A stretch of DNA of 64,000 nt. It comes from Octopus bimaculoides. Lineage: Eukaryota. The translations under genes and the position numbers were made by a program. Shown here in pieces: positions 39,434 to 52,309 of the stretch (within the stretch, counting starts at the first letter, position 1; each line of letters starts with the position of its first letter). The stretch spans positions 3,714,989-3,778,988 of the forward strand of contig NC_068982.1 in the NCBI RefSeq assembly GCF_001194135.2, given 5' to 3'. The notes below the pieces were generated by a model. That model worked only from the letters and a program-made list of their open reading frames with translations. It had not been told where the DNA came from and did no database searches.

Positions 39434-40070
39434 ACAAATAATCAGAAAATGGAGAAAACCTCAGATTAACAAACACAGCGATTTGACCACATTTATAGCT
39501 TATTTTTTAATACAAAGCATGACATAACAAAGAGGTGACTAATAAATCTTACGGCCGTTTCCGATCCGTTACCAAAACGCTGTCTATAAATAAATGCGAG
39601 AATAAAGTTCATCTCCATAGGGCATTCGAATTAAGGCACGGAGCTTCATCAGAGTAAAAAAAAACAAGAGTATACAATATAAACAAAGGGAAAAAGGAAG
39701 GAGGAAAGAAAACATGGCCTAGAAAAGAATCTAGCCCATTGATGGTAGATTATATGCTTCTCATATATTGGGGTTCTAGACTTCTTTTCTATGCCATGTT
39801 TTCTTTCCTCCTTCCTTTTGTTTATATTGTAAGTTCTTGTTTTTTACTCTGATGAAGCTCCGACTTAATTCGAATGTCCTATGTAGATGAAGTACTTTAT
39901 TCTCGCATTTATTTATAAACAGCGTTTTGGCAACGGATCGGAAACAGCCCTAAGATTTGTTACGTCACCTCTTTGTTATGCCATGCTTTGTATAAAAAAA
40001 ATAAGCTAAAAATATGGTCCAGTCGCTATGTTTGTTAATCTAAGGTTATCTCCATTTTCTGATTATTTGT
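39434..40070. repeat. Long inverted repeat (about 300-bp arms, about 35-bp spacer)
   Basis: For example, aatcagaaaatggagaaaacctcagattaacaaac versus gtttgttaatctaaggttatctccattttctgatt. Confidence 0.9.
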
Positions 40071-41049
40071 GTATGNNNNNNNNNNNNNNNNNNNNNNNNN
40101 NNNNNNNNNNNNNNNNNNNNNNNNNNNNNNNNNNNNNNNNNNNNNNNNNNNNNNNNNNNNNNNNNNNNNNNNNNNNNNNNNNNNNNNNNNNNNNNNNNNN
40201 NNNNNNNNNNNNNNNNNNNNNNNNNNNNNNNNNNNNNNNNNNNNNNNNNNNNNNNNNNNNNNNNNNNNNNNNNNNNNNNNNNNNNNNNNNNNNNNNNNNN
40301 NNNNNNNNNNNNNNNNNNNNNNNNNNNNNNNNNNNNNNNNNNNNNNNNNNNNNNNNNNNNNNNNNNNNNNNNNNNNNNNNNNNNNNNNNNNNNNNNNNNN
40401 NNNNNNNNNNNNNNNNNNNNNNNNNNNNNNNNNNNNNNNNNNNNNNNNNNNNNNNNNNNNNNNNNNNNNNNNNNNNNNNNNNNNNNNNNNNNNNNNNNNN
40501 NNNNNNNNNNNNNNNNNNNNNNNNNNNNNNNNNNNNNNNNNNNNNNNNNNNNNNNNNNNNNNNNNNNNNNNNNNNNNNNNNNNNNNNNNNNNNNNNNNNN
40601 NNNNNNNNNNNNNNNNNNNNNNNNNNNNNNNNNNNNNNNNNNNNNNNNNNNNNNNNNNNNNNNNNNNNNNNNNNNNNNNNNNNNNNNNNNNNNNNNNNNN
40701 NNNNNNNNNNNNNNNNNNNNNNNNNNNNNNNNNNNNNNNNNNNNNNNNNNNNNNNNNNNNNNNNNNNNNNNNNNNNNNNNNNNNNNNNNNNNNNNNNNNN
40801 NNNNNNNNNNNNNNNNNNNNNNNNNNNNNNNNNNNNNNNNNNNNNNNNNNNNNNNNNNNNNNNNNNNNNNNNNNNNNNNNNNNNNNNNNNNNNNNNNNNN
40901 NNNNNNNNNNNNNNNNNNNNNNNNNNNNNNNNNNNNNNNNNNNNNNNNNNNNNNNNNNNNNNNNNNNNNNNNNNNNNNNNNNNNNNNNNNNNNNNNNNNN
41001 NNNNNNNNNNNNNNNNNNNNNNNNNNNNNNNNNNNNNNNNNNNNNNNNC

Positions 41050-41751
41050 CCATGACAGAGAAAGGTGAGTAGAGAATCTGCATCAGATTTTGTCAAAAGC
41101 TTGTCGATACCTGCTCAGAGGCCTACGCAAAGTTTTCGAAAAAGTTTTCTCGTTCTCGACACAATCAAGGAGGTCTTGTGCAACTGAAACCTGAGTGTCT
41201 TTTTGGTCAGCTGAAAGCAGTTTGGGCACAAATTTGGCAGACACTCGTCTCACACAATTCTTCGGTGATAATGGACTGAACTGAACCGTAACTAATCTGC
41301 ACATCCTCTGATAACTCACGGATGATGATTCGACGATTTCCTCTCACAGCTGCACACACATCTGTTGTGTGCAGTTGCTGCTGTTGTTCTGTTGGTTGCG
41401 GGTCTCCCAGAACGTTTGTCAATATCGAAATTTTTTCGTCCATCTTGGAAACGTCTGAACCCCTCGTACACCTATGTGCGGCTCATACACTCTTCATACA
41501 CTTTCTGCAACTTTGCGTAGACCTCTGAGCAGGTATCACCATGACAACTTTCTGTCATGGTCAATGCGACGATTACATGCTACACACCTTCCTTCCAAGC
41601 AATGTTGTAAACAGCAAGTGAGCTAGAACATTAAAACTTAGTGCGCATGCACAGAAGAGTTCAAGATTAATCTGTGCCAAGCAGCTTCACTCTGCATGCT
41701 TTAACATCGTTACTATGGCAACAATCCGGATACTTATTGACCAGACCTTGT
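41050..41751 (-). mobile_element. Mariner transposon 5' remnant, cut by an assembly gap
   Basis: Frameshifted RRIIIRELSEDVQISYGSVQSIITE and RRVSAKFVPKLLSADQK. TIR-like end caaggtctggtcaataagtatccgg. Confidence 0.85.
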
Positions 41752-41759
41752 GTGTGGGA

Positions 41760-42075
41760 GTCTTTTTTCTTTTACTTGTCTCAAGACTGCAGCCATACTG
41801 GAGCATTGTCTTGAAGGATTTTGTTTGAACGGAGCGACCCTAGTACTTATTTTGTTAAGCCTGATACTTCTATCGGCGTCTTTGCTGAACCGCTAATTTA
41901 CAGGGACATAAACACACCAACACCGGTTATCAAGCGGTTGTAGCGAACGTACACACATACATACACACATACACACACACGACGGACTTCTTTGTTTCCG
42001 TCTACGAAATCCATTCGCAAGGCTTTGGTGGGACTGAACTCAGAGCCACGAGGTTGGGAAGCAAACTTCTTACCA
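41760..42075 (-). mobile_element. SINE family B (internally deleted)
   Basis: tttccgtctacgaaatccattcgcaaggctttgg. Confidence 0.8.
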
Positions 42076-42564
42076 CACATCCATTTCTATGCCTCATGGC
42101 GCGCATTAAAGAACACTCGAATTATTATTTCGTGTGTCTGTTAAATCTTTCAGATATTTCTCAAATCATTCCAAGAAAAGATAAGAGAGAAGCTGGGATT
42201 GTTGTTTGTGAGACAGGAAAAGACGTGTTGATAGATTATTAACACAATTTACAAAAAATGTCGAACTGGAATCGTGACGAAAACACTTGTGCTGTAACTT
42301 ACAGCTACACCCGAATTAATTTGATGAATTGATGCAGTGTAAGAGTTTTATATTTTATCACACTTGGTTAAAAATAAATTTGATGTTGGCAAGATTTGAA
42401 CCTGAGATGTAAAGAGACACAGAATTGTGCATTGAGACGACAATGGCTCTGTCACTTATTGTGTATCACACGAACGCATGATAATATTCAATGGAACCTG
42501 TCCAATCCAAATATGTTAATCACTATCTGAAATCCTTAAAAGAGGATTATTATTATTATCATCA

Positions 42565-42596
<32 letters not shown>

Positions 42597-43149
42597 GAGT
42601 GAGAGAGCAGCGCATGCCATCAGTGTGACACTGGAGTAAAAATATGCGAAGGACAATATATCCATTATGACTGCCCGTCTGATAAGGGTACACCAGGCAC
42701 ATGCAGCACAACCATGTGTGCGCGACATGGTGATCTTATATCAAGATAAACAGCGCATGACCTCGCAGGTGGGGCCCAGTTAGAATTTTCTTCAGGTTGA
42801 GTAGCCCATCTCGCTCAAAAGGTCCCTGAATAAGGTTTGTTTAAGGATGAGGAATAAAACACCCATGTTTCCAGAGGTGTTATTCAAACCTCAAAGAATT
42901 CCTCTCGACACATGGCTATGATGCTTCCCCGCCACTTCTGCTCATGATCAGAGATGCACATATCGTCAGCCACTAAGGGACATGCTCAACTGGTTAAGGT
43001 CAAGCAACTGACAAGCAAATCTGTGGTATTGAGCAGAATATTTGCTGTAGCCCATCTTTTATACCAAGACAAAACAATGTACATGATAACGCTTCCAATC
43101 AGTTAAGATCAGAGGTCATTAGAGCCACTTCCTGGTACTGCATCAGGGC
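42597..43149 (-). mobile_element. Non-coding retroelement 3' portion inserted in (TAA)n, Dong/R4-like
   Basis: About 550 bp of complex sequence with no long ORF, flanked on both sides by (TTA)n tracts. Confidence 0.5.
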
Positions 43150-43151
43150 AA

Positions 43152-43187
<36 letters not shown>

Positions 43188-43189
<2 letters not shown>

Positions 43190-44035
43190 CTTTCCCACAG
43201 CTCGTCTCTTTGACTGAGCTGCAAACTTGTATTAGGCGTAAACCGAGGAGGGGCGCTTGGTACCTCGAGTGCCATCAAGCGCTCACAGCCCTCTGCCAGG
43301 TGGGCAATACGTTCTATAGAGGGCTAGTGGAGGGAAAGTGCGACAACGTTCTCGGGGAAACTCTGGACGTCAATGAAGATCAACTAACCGGTATGTTTCA
43401 GAGAAGTTTCGGGCCTGGGCCTATGGATAACTTCCAGAAATCCCTTGCTTGGCAGTGCTACCAAGGGGCGCTGCCTGTTCGAGATGAACTTTACAGGTAC
43501 GGAAATGCTGTCAACCGGACCTGCTCGAGGTGCACCCACAACGATGAAACCGTCCTGCACGCCGTAGTCCAGTGCCCGCGCATTGCCTACCTGTGGGTTT
43601 ATGACGAACACCTGCTATCGCGTGTAGGACGGATCTGGCTATCAGCTGAATCCATTGTAAGGATTGCCCCGCCGCCCTCTTTTGGCCGAGAAAGGCAGTA
43701 AATCTTTATTTGTCTAGTGGCTGTAGTGAAAGTGGTAGTATGGTGGACCCGTTTGAAAGGGCTAAATACAGACACTTTCCTCTTTGACCAAGCCCTCATC
43801 AACTTTTTCAAGTTTCACTTGAAAAGCAAGTTGAGGGTGGAGAGGGAAGTGTTGCCTTCTAGCAAGTTTGTTGTGAGAAGTGGGTAAATATTGGAAGAAT
43901 GGCCAGTATGAAAGGACTAATTCTGAGCGTGCACCTGTGAAAAACCATTGTATCGTCCCGTTTTTTGTCTTTTGTGTTGTTGCATGTCATTTAATGTTAT
44001 TTTATGTGAGCCCTTGTGACTAATAATCGAATAAA
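43188..44035 (+). mobile_element. 5'-truncated L1/Tx1-clade LINE (zf-RVT C-terminal region and 3' UTR)
   Basis: ORF 43210-43701 contains WQCYQGALPV...CSRC...ETVLHAVVQCP, a zinc-binding CxxC..HxxxxC pattern. After an in-frame stop it continues with VWWTRLK...FFKFHLKSKLRVERE. It ends in (TTA)n. Confidence 0.8.
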
Positions 44036-44052
44036 TTATTATTATTATTATT

Positions 44053-44263
44053 AAGGCGATGAACTAGCAGAATCGTTAGCACGCCGGGCGAAGTGTTTAG
44101 CGGCATTTTTCCGACATTACGTTCTGAGTTCAAATTCCGCCGAGGTCGACTTTGACTTTCATCCTTTCAGGGTTGATAAATTAAGTACCAGTTGCGTACT
44201 GGGGTCGATCTAATCGACTGGCCCCCTCCCCCAAAATCTCGGGCCTTGTGCCTAGAGTAGAAG
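44053..44263 (+). mobile_element. SINE family A
   Basis: Full length, directly after (TTA)n. Confidence 0.9.
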
Positions 44264-44432
44264 AGATTATCATTGTAATTCTCATCACCAATCTTCGTCG
44301 TTATTTATGTATATTACTCATAGCGTTTCATAGGAAACTGTCAGACTCTGGTTGATGCCTCTATCCTATAACTGTTTTCGTTACGCATATAAAGTTGCCC
44401 TTTTTATTATCCAAATTACCATCATTAGTGAA

Positions 44433-44750
44433 GGCGCGTGGCTTAGTGGTTAGGGTGTTCGGCTCGCGATCGTAAGGTCATGAGTTTGATTCTCGGCGAC
44501 GCGTTGTATCCTTGAGCAAGGCAGTTTATTTCTTATTGCTCCAATCCACTCAGCTGGCAAAAATGAGTTGTACCTGTAATTCAAAGGGGTCAGCCTTGTC
44601 GCATTCTGTGACCTGCTGAATCTCCCTGAGAACTGCGTTAACGGTACACGTGTCTGTGGAGTGCTCAGCCACCTACGCTTTAATTTCATGAGCAGGCTGT
44701 TCCATTGATCGGATCAACTGGAACGCTCGTCGTCGTAATCGACGGAGACC
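44433..44750 (+). mobile_element. SINE family C
   Basis: ggcgcgtggcttagtggttaggg...gtcgtcgtaatcgacggag. Confidence 0.9.
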
Positions 44751-45098
44751 CAGTTCCCATTATTAATTATGCTTTTTATGTTATTGTTACTGTAGCTGTT
44801 ATTTTTGTAATTGTTGTCCTAGTCGTCATGGTGATTCTATAACCTTTCCTCACTCGATATTCTCAGCTCGGTTTTGCCCGCCAATAAAACAACTGTCAAT
44901 TCATCAATTCTTATACATGGGTAACTCCACCACCGTCCTTTCCTCGGAGTCTCCACTGTCTGGAGACATTCCCTACAATCTCTTCTACAATGTCTCAGCC
45001 AACCTTCCACGCTATTAAAGGAACCACCATGCAATCGCTTGATCCTCCAACAATAACAACCAAAGAAAAAGACTCGTGTGATAAGGAATTTCAAACTT

Positions 45099-45258
45099 TG
45101 GTACAAGGCCAGCAATTCCCAGTGCTCAAATGGTATTTATTTTATTGGCCCCCCGAAAGGATAAAATACCGACCTCGGCAGAATTTGAACTCTGAACATA
45201 AAGACAGACGAAATGCCGCTAAGCATTTCGCCCGGCATACAAATGATTCTACCGCCTT
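45099..45258 (-). mobile_element. SINE family A
   Basis: ccccgaaaggataaaataccgacctcggcagaatttgaactc. Confidence 0.85.
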
Positions 45259-45700
45259 GAAGAAGATACGTACGATAATATGGCCCTGTACACAATTCTA
45301 CGGACGAGATGCTTCCTTTGGTCATGTTTCTTTGACCGCCGACTTCTGAACAACAATCTATTATACATTTATCACTGCTATCACTTAAATATTGTCTCCA
45401 CCACCGTACTCTCTCTCTCTCTCTACCCCTACCGCACTTCTTCTCTATCCCTACCACACTTTCTCTACTACTTCCTCTTCCCAAATTGTCTCCACCACCG
45501 CTAAACAGTCTTTTTGTTTTTTTCCTCTTTTTTCCTCTGCAATCTCTTGCGTACTTTTGCTGACACCAGACACAATGAATTATTTTGTCATTGTAGCATA
45601 TTTTTAGTGCAAAAAACATTTGACCTCGTCCCTGTTTTTGGTTACACCCAGTATCACTATAAGACTGGCATGCAGCACAAGTAGCAGCAGCAGCAGCAAC

Positions 45701-45742
<42 letters not shown>

Positions 45743-45754
45743 GTTAGTTTTGGT

Positions 45755-45925
45755 GGCGGCATTTCGTCCGTTTTTACATTCTGAGTTCAAATTCCGCTGA
45801 TATCGACTTTACTTTTATCTTTTCGGGGCCCGATAAAAAAAAATACTAGTTGATTACTGGGGTCGATGTAATCGACTTACCCCCTCTCCCCCCGAAATGA
45901 CTGGCCTTGTGCCAAAATTTGAAGC
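45755..45925 (+). mobile_element. SINE family A
   Basis: gcatttcgtccg...ctgagttcaaattccg...tactggggtcgatgtaatcgac. Confidence 0.85.
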
Positions 45926-48132
45926 CAATGTATGTTCGTATTATAAGTCATTACGCTTTGCACATCACTGTAGCTTTGCAAACTCACGATTATCCTTTCC
46001 ATGAATTTTACAATGGTTTGGTTACGACGTACGTGTATTGGGGGGGGGGTCTTCGGGTTGCGTCCTTTTATGTCAATAGGTGACCTTCGATGGAGATCAG
46101 TAAAATAGATATGGTTCAAAAAGAGACAAGTGAAGGAACAAGAAACAGGATGTACTGTTTTGACGCTCAGGAAAACCGGAAGAAATCTTTGACTTTTCGA
46201 ACCTATGCTCATCTGCAGAAAAGAATGAAGTAAGAAAACAAATGAAGAGAGGAAAAAACAAGAGGAATCGTTTCCAGGTTAACGGTTGCACATGTTGAAC
46301 AGAAATAAATATCAGACTGAAGTAAATGTTGGAATCTATCGATGGAGACCCTTAAAGGCGAAACCGCAGTATAGCCGCATTCCAGTGACTCAAATCGGTA
46401 AAATTTGTCTCAGTTGCCAGAAATACAAACCAGCAAACAACATCTCAGCAACATTAATAATAATTCTTGAGAGTCTGAAGCTGCTCGAAATTGTTTTCTT
46501 TCATGTTTTCTTTACGTTTATATTTAATTATTTATTGCATGTTATATTTATTTATATATTTGTTTATCTGCTGTTGATATTGTTTTTATCGTTGAAGGCT
46601 ATTTGTTTCAATAAATATAGAGGGAACATAATGTTTCTTTCATGCCAAAGATATATCATATCGAGAAGGAAAAAAAAAAAAGAAAGAAAAAGAAAGAACT
46701 TTTCTCAGTCTGTCTTCGACTGATTAAAGTTATTTTGTTTTATTTCTTATGTTACATTTTCGAGAAAAAGAAAACTAGTAAAACGTGATCTAAATTGCTG
46801 AAATCGCTGATTTACAGACATGATGCAAAGAAAGATAGCATTTCATTTACAAATGTACATACAAACTTTTGGCGCTCAAGCACAGAGAGGGAGAGAGAGA
46901 GAGGAAGAGAGAGAAAGAGAGAGAGATGGGGAGAGAAGGAGAGACGTGTCTATTACTGAGGAATTGGTATGGAGTCAACATTTGTAAGCTGATTTGAAGT
47001 TCTTATTTATACCCGTAGCCACGTAAGTACGGGAACGAAATTTGCTTAAAGGGTGCAAACCAAAATCCAAATTATTTTCCAAACAAACTCGATTTTTTTC
47101 AATCTTAATTTCAAAAGAAACACAGGTGTAATAATAAATATTATTATTACATTTGTACATCTCAAATAAAGCCACGAATGGAAAAGTAATGTTTCAAATC
47201 ATCCAAAAATGTTTTTATGCTCAGTCTTTTTGGCGATGAGATTTTTCAAGAGGATTTCAAAGCGCTTTCATTGTCCCCCAAAAACCATTTCGTAAGGGAA
47301 CAGAGGAGTCGCTTTCACCCCTTGCATCCCCACTTTCACCCCTTGCACCCCTTGTTTCCGAACTAATGGTCAGCCATCGATAAAATCAGTATTTTACAAA
47401 ATACTGTGGATGTTCCGTAGGAAACGTAGGTTTCTCTAACACATCGGAAAAAAAAAATCTAGTTGCTTCCCTGAGTCTGCGTTGTGGTACCTTCGTTACA
47501 GATGCGTGGATTGGACGAAGAATAAAGTCTTGTGATTATTGATTGACAACAGAACCGGTAAGAATCGTCAAATCCTTGTCTAGTTGGATAATGGACGGTG
47601 GAGCGAAAGTGTCTGTGTTGCAGACTTGATGCGATTCTTCGAACTCGAGCTCAAAGCTTGAACCGAGAGCTGCTTCAGTGACAAAATTGTTTGAGCGGCT
47701 GATATACTATTGTCTTACAGTAATTCTTGCGTTTTGCGTTCGAATGCTGCCGAGGCCAACTTTGATTTTCTCTCTTCCGGGGTTAATAATACACTCAAGT
47801 AGTGGAATCAGTATAAACGATTCTTCCGACTTCTGGCCTTGTGCTTATGTTAAATTTTATTTTAGACACATTATTCGACGTGTCTTTTTTTTTTTTTATC
47901 AAGGCGTTACGCGGTGATTTGAGGGACATTTGACCAATATTTGTAGCCAGTCCAGAAACTTATCAAAGCATTATTAAAGGCTTCATCCAGTGGGATAAGC
48001 TTTGAAGGACAATTGGCTGATGTTTTTAGCAAGTCAAGCAGCTTATTAAAGCCTGAGCGTTAAACTAATACATCTGTTTGTTGTTTACACATCCGTCTTC
48101 GTCTTTTGTTTTTTTGTAAATTCTCACTATAT

Positions 48133-48188
<56 letters not shown>

Positions 48189-48238
48189 NNNNNNNNNNNN
48201 NNNNNNNNNNNNNNNNNNNNNNNNNNNNNNNNNNNNNN

Positions 48239-48274
<36 letters not shown>

Positions 48275-48578
48275 TGGTCACTTGCCGTCATTATCCCCTG
48301 GTCAGAATTTGCTACACTGAGAAGGTCTAAAAAGGTCGAAACATGTATGTTGCTTTCGCCACTTCAGACAAGATCCACTCCGAACTACATCGTCATTATT
48401 TTCTAAAAATTTCGATTGTTTCATATTATTGAAGTCATCTCCTTCGCTTCTAGCTTATATTATAAACCCTCATGTCTGCCGGGAGATTTGGTCTTCTAAT
48501 TGCTTGGATAGCTTCGGTTTAGAGATGTTCTTCAGCTCACGATATTTACATTCGTTGTATCCTCACACTATAGGCATA

Positions 48579-48864
48579 CCTACACAAATGTGCTCCCCCG
48601 ACTTTGTTACCTCATAACTTCCTGAAAAATGGATATTTTTTAATTAAATTTTCTGCAAATATGCTTTAGATGGTGAGGATTCCAATTATATCAGAATTTC
48701 TTGTGAGAAAGTTTTTATGAGTCGGGGAGAGGAGTTTCGGAAAATTCACACGTGTTGGGTTTGTTTCTTCATAACTTTCAGAGAAATGCGTATCTTTTGA
48801 TGAAATTTTCTGCAAATCCCTCACGATTATACTGGGATCTAATATGAAAAAAATAATTAGGGAG

Positions 48865-48899
<35 letters not shown>

Positions 48900-49190
48900 C
48901 TACAAAATGAATCGTGAAATTTCGAAAAACCATGTGATGTGCGTCCGTATCTGTGTGTGTCCACTCACCGTTTCTCTTTTCACATTAGATTCCTGCAGAA
49001 TTGTAATCTACACGCTCTGAATCTTCTGAAACTCCTCTCTTCCTACACGAAAATTTTTCACAACAAATTCCGATATAATCGGAATCTACACCATCTGAAG
49101 TGTATTTGTAGAGAATTTCTTGAAAAAAATATCCATTTTTCTCTCAGTTATGAGGAGACGAAGTCGGTAGGGGGTGGACACTTGTGTGGG
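48579..49190. mobile_element. Foldback-like MITE copy 1 (long TIRs, TA flank)
   Basis: Left end TA-cctacacaaatgtgctcccccgactttgttacctcataac is the inverted counterpart of the right end gttatgaggagacgaagtcggtagggggtggacacttgtgtggg-T. Confidence 0.7.
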
Positions 49191-50289
49191 TNNNNNNNNN
49201 NNNNNNNNNNNNNNNNNNNNNNNNNNNNNNNNNNNNNNNNNNNNNNNNNNNNNNNNNNNNNNNNNNNNNNNNNNNNNNNNNNNTAAACCATAAAAAATAT
49301 GCATTTAATCATATACAAAAATATCGGAAACCGAATGACATTTTATGTGGAAAAAATATCTTTTTCTTTTGTAATTTATTTCCAATATAAAAAAAAAATC
49401 AAAGTCTAATAAGATATTTTTTTCTTATTTTGTAGACTTAAATAGCAATTTATGTTGACGCGTCAGTAATAGGAATTTTTAACCCTCAACGAATTAATAA
49501 GAATATTAGCCCTCAACAGTAATAAGAGAAGGATTTGTAGCACTGAATTATTAAGCAAGCATGTAGATTGGTTATACGAGAACGTCGTGGAAGGAAGCAG
49601 ATTGAGATAAGGAGGGGGGAGGGGGAGAATTGACACACGTGTTAAATATTTGTCCACGAATATGGTTTTAGAAGTTTTACTTGTTAGTGACACGTTTTTC
49701 TTGAATGAAATTGCAAAGAAAAAAAAAGCGAACAGAAATATATAATCAAACAATTTCTAAGATTTAATTTCACTGCTGCTGCTGCTGCTATTACTCCTAC
49801 TACTACAAAGAATCGTAGTATTTGTGCTCGCCTTTTACATTCTGCATTCAAATCCAACTGAGATCAACTTTGCTTTGGGATCGATAAAGTACCAGTCAAG
49901 TACTGGGATCGATAGGGTTTACTGACCCCTTCCCTGACTTTGTTCCCTGTATAAGGAATTATATAGCGCTGGCTCTGGGGGTACCTGACTGACAACGGAA
50001 CGAACGGCAGTGGACCCCTTTTCCTTATTTGCAGACATTTTAACTTCAGCAGAGAATAGACTTCAATATCAGGAAAATCAACAAAGGAATCGTCAGTTGT
50101 AGAACAGAAGAAATCGCTGCATCAACGATACAAAACGGTTGGTTTGCGGAACTGTCATCGCCGCCACCACCGCCGCCACCCTCCCACCACACACACACAC
50201 ACACAGGTCAAAAACACTGTGCAACAGGAAAGAGGAACGTTTTGCCAACATCAGCAATGAAGAAGCAAGGCATTAATTTCTCCGGCGTA

Positions 50290-50995
50290 CCTACACAAGT
50301 GTGCCCCCACCCTCGACTTTGTTTCCTCATACCGTCCAGAAACAAATGGATATTCTTTAATGAAATTTTCCACATATACGCTGCAGAGGATGTAGATTCC
50401 AGTTATTTCAGAATTTGTTGAGAAAGGTGGGGGGCTTTTTTTTCCGTTGGTTGGGAAATGAGATACGGTAAATTCAATGAGTCGGATTTGTTTCCTCATA
50501 ACATTCAGAATATTGGACATTTTTTTAATGAAATTTACTAAAAATACCTTTCAGAGTGTGCAGATTACGATTATATCGGAAGTTGATATGAAAAAAAAGA
50601 ATTGGTGGGTGCGCATGCGTATATAATGAAACACATCACATATATCTATAAAATGAAATTCGAAATGTACGGTATGTACGACTGTGTCGGTATGTACGAC
50701 TGCATTCCCAACAATTTCTCACCTAAAATTCCGATACAGTCGTAATTTACACACTCTGGAAAATATTTCTGAAGAGTCTCATTAAAAAATATCCATTTTT
50801 CCAAAAGTCATGAGGAAACAAACCGAATTTTCCGAAACTCCTCACCCAAACCCTTGGAAAACAGTTTTTCATAATAAATTCCGGTGTAATCGGAATCTAT
50901 ACCATCTGAAGCGTGTTTGTAAAGAATTTCTTTAAAAAATACCATTTTCTGGAACTTGTAAGGAAACAAAGTTGGAGGAGGCACAGTTGTGGAGA
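50290..50995. mobile_element. Foldback-like MITE copy 2
   Basis: Left end TA-cctacacaagtgtgcccccaccctcgactttgtttcctcata; right end gtaaggaaacaaagttggaggaggcacagttgtggaga-TA. Internal subrepeats are shared with copy 1. Confidence 0.7.
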
Positions 50996-51612
50996 TAAGT
51001 CAATTTCTCGGACACCAACACCGGACGTTGGTCCTGTGACGCCTCCACTCTCGATGGAATTGCAGGAACGTTACCCAGACATATGATGTGTCTTTCAACC
51101 TATCGGAACCCATTTCCCTCCTGCAGTTCTGAACACGGCGGATTTGTTCCACGGTGGAAATGTGTCGAAGAAAGAGGGGGCGAAGGGAAAAGTGAAAACT
51201 TGCCCACCAACCCTTCCCCCAGCACTTGAGCGCAGAAAAGGCAAAGTTCGTTTCAGCAGAATTTTGATTTCAAAATGGAGAGGCGTGGAACGAATATCAT
51301 AATGCAGGCAATCACAAGAGAATACCACAAGATATACCATACGTATGTATGTATGTATGTATATGCACTAGTGTGTGGTTGTCTAGGTGTAGCGACCCAT
51401 AAGTATGTATATGTGTGTATGTATATATTGATATGTATTAATATATGTATGTGTAAATATACATATAGAATATGCACAAAGGCATATANNNNNNNNNNTG
51501 TATGTGTAAATATACATATAGAATATGCACAAAGGCATATACATACGTATATATTTATATACGTATGTGCATATACAAGCAAAAATATATGCATAGATAT
51601 ATGTATACATAA

Positions 51613-51669
<57 letters not shown>

Positions 51670-51852
51670 TACATACACACCTGCATATACATACATACAC
51701 ACATGCATATACATACAACACACATACACATATATACATATTTATACACACACACATATATACATAATTAAACGTAAATATATACACACATGCATGTCCC
51801 TCCCTCCCTCTTTCTCTCTCTCTCTATATATGTGTGTGTGTGTGTGTGTGTG

Positions 51853-52003
51853 TATGGTTGGCGTTAGGAAGGGCACCAAGCCTTAGAAACATTGCCAGAT
51901 CGGATTGGAGCCTAGTGCAGCTTTCTGGCTTGCCCCAGCCTCAGTCAAACCGTCCAACCCATGCCAGCATGGAAAGCGGACACTAAACGACGATGATGAT
52001 GAT
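51853..52003 (+). mobile_element. RTE 3' end fragment
   Basis: ggttggcgttaggaagggcacc...catgccagcatggaaagcggacactaaacgacgatgatgatgat. Confidence 0.8.
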
Positions 52004-52241
52004 ATAAATATATCCACATATATATATGCATGTACATACATGAACACTTATAAATATGCATGTATACATATAAGCATGTGTATATATTTACTCAAACATA
52101 CATAGATATGCACACACACTATACATATATACACACACACATAAACGAATGCATACANNNNNNNNNNNNNNNNNNNNNNNNNNNNNNNNNNNNNNNNNNN
52201 NNNNNNNNNNNNNNNNNNNNNNNNCACATGTATGTATTATG

Positions 52242-52309
<68 letters not shown>

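Noticed and set aside
40028-41096. Long ORFs in the supplied track (also 4026-4710, 25060-25581, 37810-38751)
   Set aside because: They are open only because they run through N gaps.
42597-43149. HDV-like ribozyme at the 5' end of the (TAA)n-inserted element
   Set aside because: A partial P1 complement exists about 350 nt downstream, but no P3/L3 consensus could be fitted.
50034-50250. Plus-strand exon after acceptor ccccttttccttatttgcag
   Set aside because: All frames close quickly and no strong donor follows; such acceptors are expected by chance.
51446-51541. About 43-bp direct repeat on both sides of a 10-N gap
   Set aside because: Most likely an unmerged contig overlap (assembly artefact).
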